Shown one piece after another: positions 59,777 through 64,000 of a stretch of DNA of 64,000 nt. A model generated the notes under the pieces. It searched no databases and was not told the origin of the DNA. It saw only the letters and a list, made by a program, of their open reading frames with translations. Source of the stretch: Rhodobiaceae bacterium (lineage in GTDB: Bacteria; Pseudomonadota; Alphaproteobacteria; RS24); NCBI GenBank assembly GCA_038147995.1, contig JAYQUO010000007.1, positions 26,020-90,019 on the forward strand. The letters are read 5' to 3'. Position 1 is the first letter of the stretch. Each line of letters starts with the position of its first letter. The translations under genes were made by a program, and so were the position numbers.

Positions 59777-61492
59777 ATGCAAATTTTGCGTATTTGGGCG
59801 GCGGTAATGATATTGGCTCTCGCGGCTTGTGGCGAGACGGAAAAGGGCATCATTTATGCTGCTAAAAGTCTAGTTACTTTGTCTGATACGCGCGGCAATG
59901 CCGTTTATGTTATCGGCGATCGTATTGCCGACGTCGCAACTCTCGAAGAGTTGCGTGTGCGTCATCCTAAAGCCGTCGTCGATATGCAGTTTAGTGACAG
60001 TGTTATCATCCCTGGCTTGATAGAACATCACGTTCACCCTTTCTTGGGGGCGCTTGCCATGGGGGTTGAGGTAATAGCGATTGAAGATTGGCATCTGCCA
60101 ACAGGTATTAAGCGTGGTGTCCGAAGTGCAGACGCCTATCGCAAAGCCTTAACGGGCGCGATTGCCAAGGCGGACCCCCAACAGGAGCTGTTTATTAGCT
60201 GGGGCTACCACCACTATTTCCATGACAAATTAACGCGGCAAGACCTCGACGCGATAAGTGCAGACAAAGCGATCATCATTATCCATCGGTCGTTTCATGA
60301 ATTTGTGATGAATTCTAAAGCGCTCGCGCTGCTCGGCATAACAGATGCCGATATTGCGGCGGCGCCAGCTGCCGCAGCTAAATTTATGAGTATTGAAGAA
60401 GGTCATTTTGCCGAGCAGGGGGCAATCGCGATTACCCCAAAGGTAATGCCGCATTTGGCCAAGCCAGAACGCTTAATGGCAGGCCTTATGAGCTTGCGGA
60501 CCTATCTGCATCAGCAAGGGGTGACATTAATCGCCAACCCTGGCGCTTTTCTCGCCGATCCTGTGCAACAAGCTAAGAATGCCGTTTTCGGAGCAGCGGA
60601 CAGCCCATACCGCAGTCTGTTTATTCCTAACGGCATGTTTATCGTGCAAAAATTTGGGCTCGAGAATTTAATCGCTAACACAGAAGCCTTGCTGGCGACA
60701 GGACATGGGAAGCTGTCTTATGTGCCTAAACAAATCAAACTGTTTGCCGATGGCGCCATGTATTCGCAGGCGATGCAAATGCGCGACGGGTATTTAGATG
60801 GCCATAGCGGCGCTTGGCTGATGCCAGAGGAGGCATTCAAATCGGCGTTCCAGATTTATTGGGATGCGGGATATCAAATCCATGTCCACCAAAACGGTGA
60901 CGCGGGTCTCGATCGGGTGCTCGATGTCTTGGCTGAAAATATGACGCGCAATCCGCGTCCCGATCACCGTACGGTGATCGTGCATTTTGGTTTTTCACAA
61001 CCCGACCAAGTCGAGCGCATAAAAGCCCTCGGTGCCGTCGTTAGCGCTAATCCATATTATGTAACAGCGCTGTCGGATTTATACGCGCGCAAAGGCATTG
61101 GGCCGGCGCGGGCGCAGAGCATGGTTCGGCTGGGCGATGTTGTGCGCCAAGGCGTAAGGGTCGCCTTGCATTCCGATATGCCCATGGCCCCAGGGGCGCC
61201 GCTATTTTTGATGCATCAGGCGGTCAATCGGGTCAATTTTGCTGACCGTGTTGCTGGGCCCGAGCAACGCTTATCGGTTGAGCAGGCGTTACGCGGCGTG
61301 ACAGTCGATGCAGCTTATATGATGCAGATCGAGAAGCAATATGGCTCAATTGAACCAGGAAAATGGGCCAATTTTACTATTTTGGACGATAATCCGCTGA
61401 CCGTTGATCCAATGCAGATAAAAAATATTCGTCCGATTGCGACAATGGTTGAAGGACATATTTATCCGATTAATACTGGTGCAGCAGATTAA
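59777..61492 (+). CDS. Amidohydrolase-superfamily (YtcJ/Amidohydro_3-like) lipoprotein
   Basis: It has the lipobox ALAAC after the signal. Metal-ligand pattern: HHVH (HxH), KLFADGA, HVHQNGD and HSD. 571 aa. Confidence 0.8.
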   Translation: MQILRIWAAVMILALAACGETEKGIIYAAKSLVTLSDTRGNAVYVIGDRIADVATLEELRVRHPKAVVDMQFSDSVIIPGLIEHHVHPFLGALAMGVEVIAIEDWHLPTGIKRGVRSADAYRKALTGAIAKADPQQELFISWGYHHYFHDKLTRQDLDAISADKAIIIIHRSFHEFVMNSKALALLGITDADIAAAPAAAAKFMSIEEGHFAEQGAIAITPKVMPHLAKPERLMAGLMSLRTYLHQQGVTLIANPGAFLADPVQQAKNAVFGAADSPYRSLFIPNGMFIVQKFGLENLIANTEALLATGHGKLSYVPKQIKLFADGAMYSQAMQMRDGYLDGHSGAWLMPEEAFKSAFQIYWDAGYQIHVHQNGDAGLDRVLDVLAENMTRNPRPDHRTVIVHFGFSQPDQVERIKALGAVVSANPYYVTALSDLYARKGIGPARAQSMVRLGDVVRQGVRVALHSDMPMAPGAPLFLMHQAVNRVNFADRVAGPEQRLSVEQALRGVTVDAAYMMQIEKQYGSIEPGKWANFTILDDNPLTVDPMQIKNIRPIATMVEGHIYPINTGAAD

Positions 61493-61507
61493 TTGGGGGG
61501 AACCATC

Positions 61508-62479
61508 ATGACAGAGGTGAATACGGCGACGGGGCGGCGTGACGCCGCGGAGCTCGGCAAAACATTGATACATGAGCATGTTTTGGTGGGATTCCCGGGA
61601 TGGTTTCTTGACCGCCGACAACCGGCTTTTGATCGCCGCGAGGCGATTGCGCGGGCAACGGATGCGCTGGTGCAGCTCAAATCGTACGGCGTGGCAACCG
61701 TCGTTGATCCGTGCCCAGCAGATTTGGGGCGCGACGTAGAGATCATGGCTGAAGTGGCCAGCCGCGCTGGCATCAACTTGATCTGCGCTGCCGGCATGTA
61801 CTACGAAGCGGCGGGCCTGACCTACACCTTCGCTCATATGGAAGAAGATGCGATCGCAGACATATTTCAGGCTGAAATCGAGGATGGTGTCGGCGAAACA
61901 GGTATTCGTCCAGGGATTGTCAAAATTGCAACGGGGCATGGCACAGTGACCCCTTATGAACAAAAAATCTTGCGCGCGGCGGCGCGCGCGGCGGCCCGCA
62001 CAGGCGTGCCCGTTTTATCGCATACAGAAAAATGCACCTGTGGGCATGATCAAATCGATATTGTTACTGGCCAAGGCGTAGCACCTGAGCATTTTGTTGT
62101 CGGTCACTCTGACGGCACAGATGACCTCGGCTATCAGCTGTCACTTGCAGAGCGCGGCGTGTTTGTCGGCTTTGACCGCTTTGGCATTGAAAACATTGTC
62201 CCCGATGACGTGCGGATGACGAATTTGAAAGCGATGGTTGATCGTGGCCATCGCGATCGCGTGCTGATGTCACATGACTATGTTGTCTGTTGGAAAGGCG
62301 GCGTGCCCGGGGTGCCCCTCGGTGCGTCAATATCCGACGTGTTGCCGAATTGGCGTATGACCCATATTTTTGAAACAATACTCCCAGAACTCACGCGGCG
62401 TGGTATGAGTACAGAAGACATTGATCATATTCTGACCGATAATCCTCGCCGTTTCTTTAGTAATACCCAACCCTCTTGA
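61508..62479 (+). CDS. Phosphotriesterase-family protein (PTE-like lactonase/hydrolase)
   Basis: It has the full binuclear-centre pattern HEH (LIHEHV), the carboxylated-Lys context VKIATG, plus SHTE, GHSD and SHD. The start is taken at ATG 61508. Confidence 0.8.
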   Translation: MTEVNTATGRRDAAELGKTLIHEHVLVGFPGWFLDRRQPAFDRREAIARATDALVQLKSYGVATVVDPCPADLGRDVEIMAEVASRAGINLICAAGMYYEAAGLTYTFAHMEEDAIADIFQAEIEDGVGETGIRPGIVKIATGHGTVTPYEQKILRAAARAAARTGVPVLSHTEKCTCGHDQIDIVTGQGVAPEHFVVGHSDGTDDLGYQLSLAERGVFVGFDRFGIENIVPDDVRMTNLKAMVDRGHRDRVLMSHDYVVCWKGGVPGVPLGASISDVLPNWRMTHIFETILPELTRRGMSTEDIDHILTDNPRRFFSNTQPS

Positions 62480-62499
62480 CCTGTAAGGAGTCGCCGCCC

Positions 62500-63597
62500 A
62501 TGTATGATGCGCTTTTTGAACCTTTTACCATTAATGGTCTCACACTTCCCAATCGTATCGTCATGGCGCCGATGACCCGCGGTTTTTCACCAAACGGTGT
62601 TCCTGGCAAAAATGTCGCCGATTATTATCGGGCGCGGGCTGCAGGCGGCGTCGGCTTGATCGTTACCGAGGGCACGACGATCAACCACCCATCCGCCAGT
62701 GATAGCCCGAATTATCCCAATTTCCATGCGCCAGATGCTTTGTCCGGATGGAAAGATGTTGCCGCTTCGGTACACGATGCGGGTGGCTATATCATGCCGC
62801 AATTATGGCATATGGGGTCGATGCGTGACCCAGGCACGGGCCCCAACCCCGATGCGCCGAGTGTCAGCGCCTCTGGCCTGAAACATCCAGCCAAAAAGAA
62901 TGCTGACACGTTAAGTGTTGATGATATTGCCAAGATTGTTGCCGCTTATGCGGATGCCGCCTATCAGGCGCGCATTTTGGGGTTTGATGGTGTGCAAATT
63001 CATGGTGCGCATGGCTATTTGATTGATCAGTTCTTTTGGGATGGCACCAATCTGCGCGACGATCTATATGGTGGCGACCTTGTTGCCCGTACGCGATTTG
63101 CCACTGAAATCGTTGCGGCAATTCGCAAGGCGGTCGGCGATGACTATCCAATCCTATTCCGCTTCTCGCAATGGAAGCAGCAAGATTTTGGCCACAAAAT
63201 GGCACCGACAACCGACATGTTGAAAGCCTTTATTGAAGCTCTAGAAACTGCAGGCGTGGATTGTTTCGATTGCTCGACGCGACGCTTCCAAGAGCCCGAG
63301 TTCGAAGGCTCACCCTTAAACCTTGCTGGCTGGACGAAAAAGCTCGGCTCGACGCCAACCATTACTGTTGGGTCTATTGGTCTCGACTCGGAATTCGTCG
63401 CCGCCTTTCAAGGTGAGGGATCGAATGTAGCACCGATTGACACATTGGTTGAGAAGCTTGCAGCGGGTGAGTTTGATCTTGTGGGCGTCGGACGGGCGCT
63501 ATTGGTCGATCCGACATGGCCAAACAAAATTCGCGAGGGGCGCCTCGACGACCTCGTGCCTTATACCAAAGATGCGCTGGCCAATTTGGTGATGTAG
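62500..63597 (+). CDS. NADH:flavin oxidoreductase (Old Yellow Enzyme family)
   Basis: AAGGAG RBS. It carries NRIVMAPMTR, HGAHGYLIDQF and VGVGRALL. 365 aa. Confidence 0.87.
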   Translation: MYDALFEPFTINGLTLPNRIVMAPMTRGFSPNGVPGKNVADYYRARAAGGVGLIVTEGTTINHPSASDSPNYPNFHAPDALSGWKDVAASVHDAGGYIMPQLWHMGSMRDPGTGPNPDAPSVSASGLKHPAKKNADTLSVDDIAKIVAAYADAAYQARILGFDGVQIHGAHGYLIDQFFWDGTNLRDDLYGGDLVARTRFATEIVAAIRKAVGDDYPILFRFSQWKQQDFGHKMAPTTDMLKAFIEALETAGVDCFDCSTRRFQEPEFEGSPLNLAGWTKKLGSTPTITVGSIGLDSEFVAAFQGEGSNVAPIDTLVEKLAAGEFDLVGVGRALLVDPTWPNKIREGRLDDLVPYTKDALANLVM

Positions 63598-64000
63598 CTA
63601 CATGCCACCGTCGACCCGCAAGAGGGCGGCGGTGGTGTATGATGAGGCGTCGCTTGCGAGCATCAAGGCGGCGGTGACGATTTCATCTGGGGTGCCGGGC
63701 CGCCCTAGCGAGACAGGTTGGGTTTCACGATCTTCAGCCCGCCACGCCTTCGCAATATCCGTTAAAAATGGACCAGCTGAAATAGTGTTGACCCTGACTG
63801 CGGGGGCTAATTCGCGCGCCAGCGACACGGTCATCGCATTGAGCGCTGCTTTGGCGCCACCATAGGGGATGACATTTGGCAGTGGCACCAAGGCGCCCGA
63901 GGACGAGATATTGATAATCACGCCGCTGCCCGCTTGCTGCATGCGGTGACCAATTTGACTGGCCAGCCGAAACGGGCCCTTGAAATTGAGATTTAAGACC
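63598..64000 (-). CDS. Short-chain dehydrogenase/reductase, C-terminal part; the 5' end lies beyond the window
   Basis: The frame stays open past the ORF-track Met to base 64000 (..VLNLNFKGPFRLASQIGHRMQQAGSGVIINISSSGA..). It has the SDR catalytic-region pattern YGGAKAAL. Confidence 0.78.
   Translation of the reverse strand, partial: VLNLNFKGPFRLASQIGHRMQQAGSGVIINISSSGALVPLPNVIPYGGAKAALNAMTVSLARELAPAVRVNTISAGPFLTDIAKAWRAEDRETQPVSLGRPGTPDEIVTAALMLASDASSYTTAALLRVDGGM

Noticed and set aside
1-64000. I scanned for tRNA/rRNA genes, CRISPR repeats, IS elements, integrases, toxin-antitoxin pairs, defence-system hallmarks and compositional islands.
   Set aside because: Nothing was found by eye. Spacers are too short for RNA genes except the two large ones discussed above, which lack T-loop (GTTCGAATC-like) or repeat-spacer structure. 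Gene content is housekeeping and syntenic throughout. tRNAscan, Rfam and IS or defence-system finders could confirm this.

Overview
This window is a dense, syntenic core-chromosome segment. The gene order looks alphaproteobacterial (Rhodospirillales-like), but that taxon call is inference only. I recognise about 60 protein genes on both strands, with very short spacers and many 1-14 nt overlaps between same-strand genes. By eye I found no rRNA, tRNA, CRISPR array, transposase, integrase or phage genes.

Gene order:
- pepA (5' truncated)-holC, ndk, purN-purM, DUF2066-hdaA, ppk1-ppx, rnd, aspS
- NDUFA12-like/MlaD/DUF2155, aat, accC-accB-aroQ, thiS-thiG, DsbA-like, M48/TPR protease
- rne, amiC-like, mrcA, prfB (classical +1 frameshift), bactofilin + M23 peptidase, DUF455-bcp
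- YhdP/AsmA-like, tyrS, anmK, alpha/beta hydrolase, iscR-nifS-sufBCDS-sufT-sufA, tesB
- methylmalonyl-CoA mutase beta/alpha, LptF/G-type permease, thiolase
- a TonB2-type six-gene cluster (DUF3450, large MotA-family, ExbB, ExbD, TonB, TPR), a glycine-zipper lipoprotein, a small tail-anchored ORF
- an orphan ferredoxin-reductase-like flavoprotein, amidohydrolase-phosphotriesterase-like-OYE, and a truncated SDR

I did not find a convincing wholly new system, and most of the window is ordinary housekeeping DNA. These parts deserve a second look:
- the NDUFA12-like/orphan MlaD/DUF2155 triad
- the bactofilin + catalytically intact M23 peptidase pair
- the TonB2-type cluster, which has no receptor nearby
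- the amidohydrolase/PTE-like/OYE/SDR cluster at the 3' end
- an IscR-type operator embedded in the suf promoter
- the long rne leader
- nine of ten convergent gene junctions, which leave no room for a terminator

Many ORF-track starts are 5'-extended. The coordinates below use the start I consider most likely, judged from the RBS, conserved N termini and coupling to the upstream stop. All family assignments come from reading the translations, and no database search was run.
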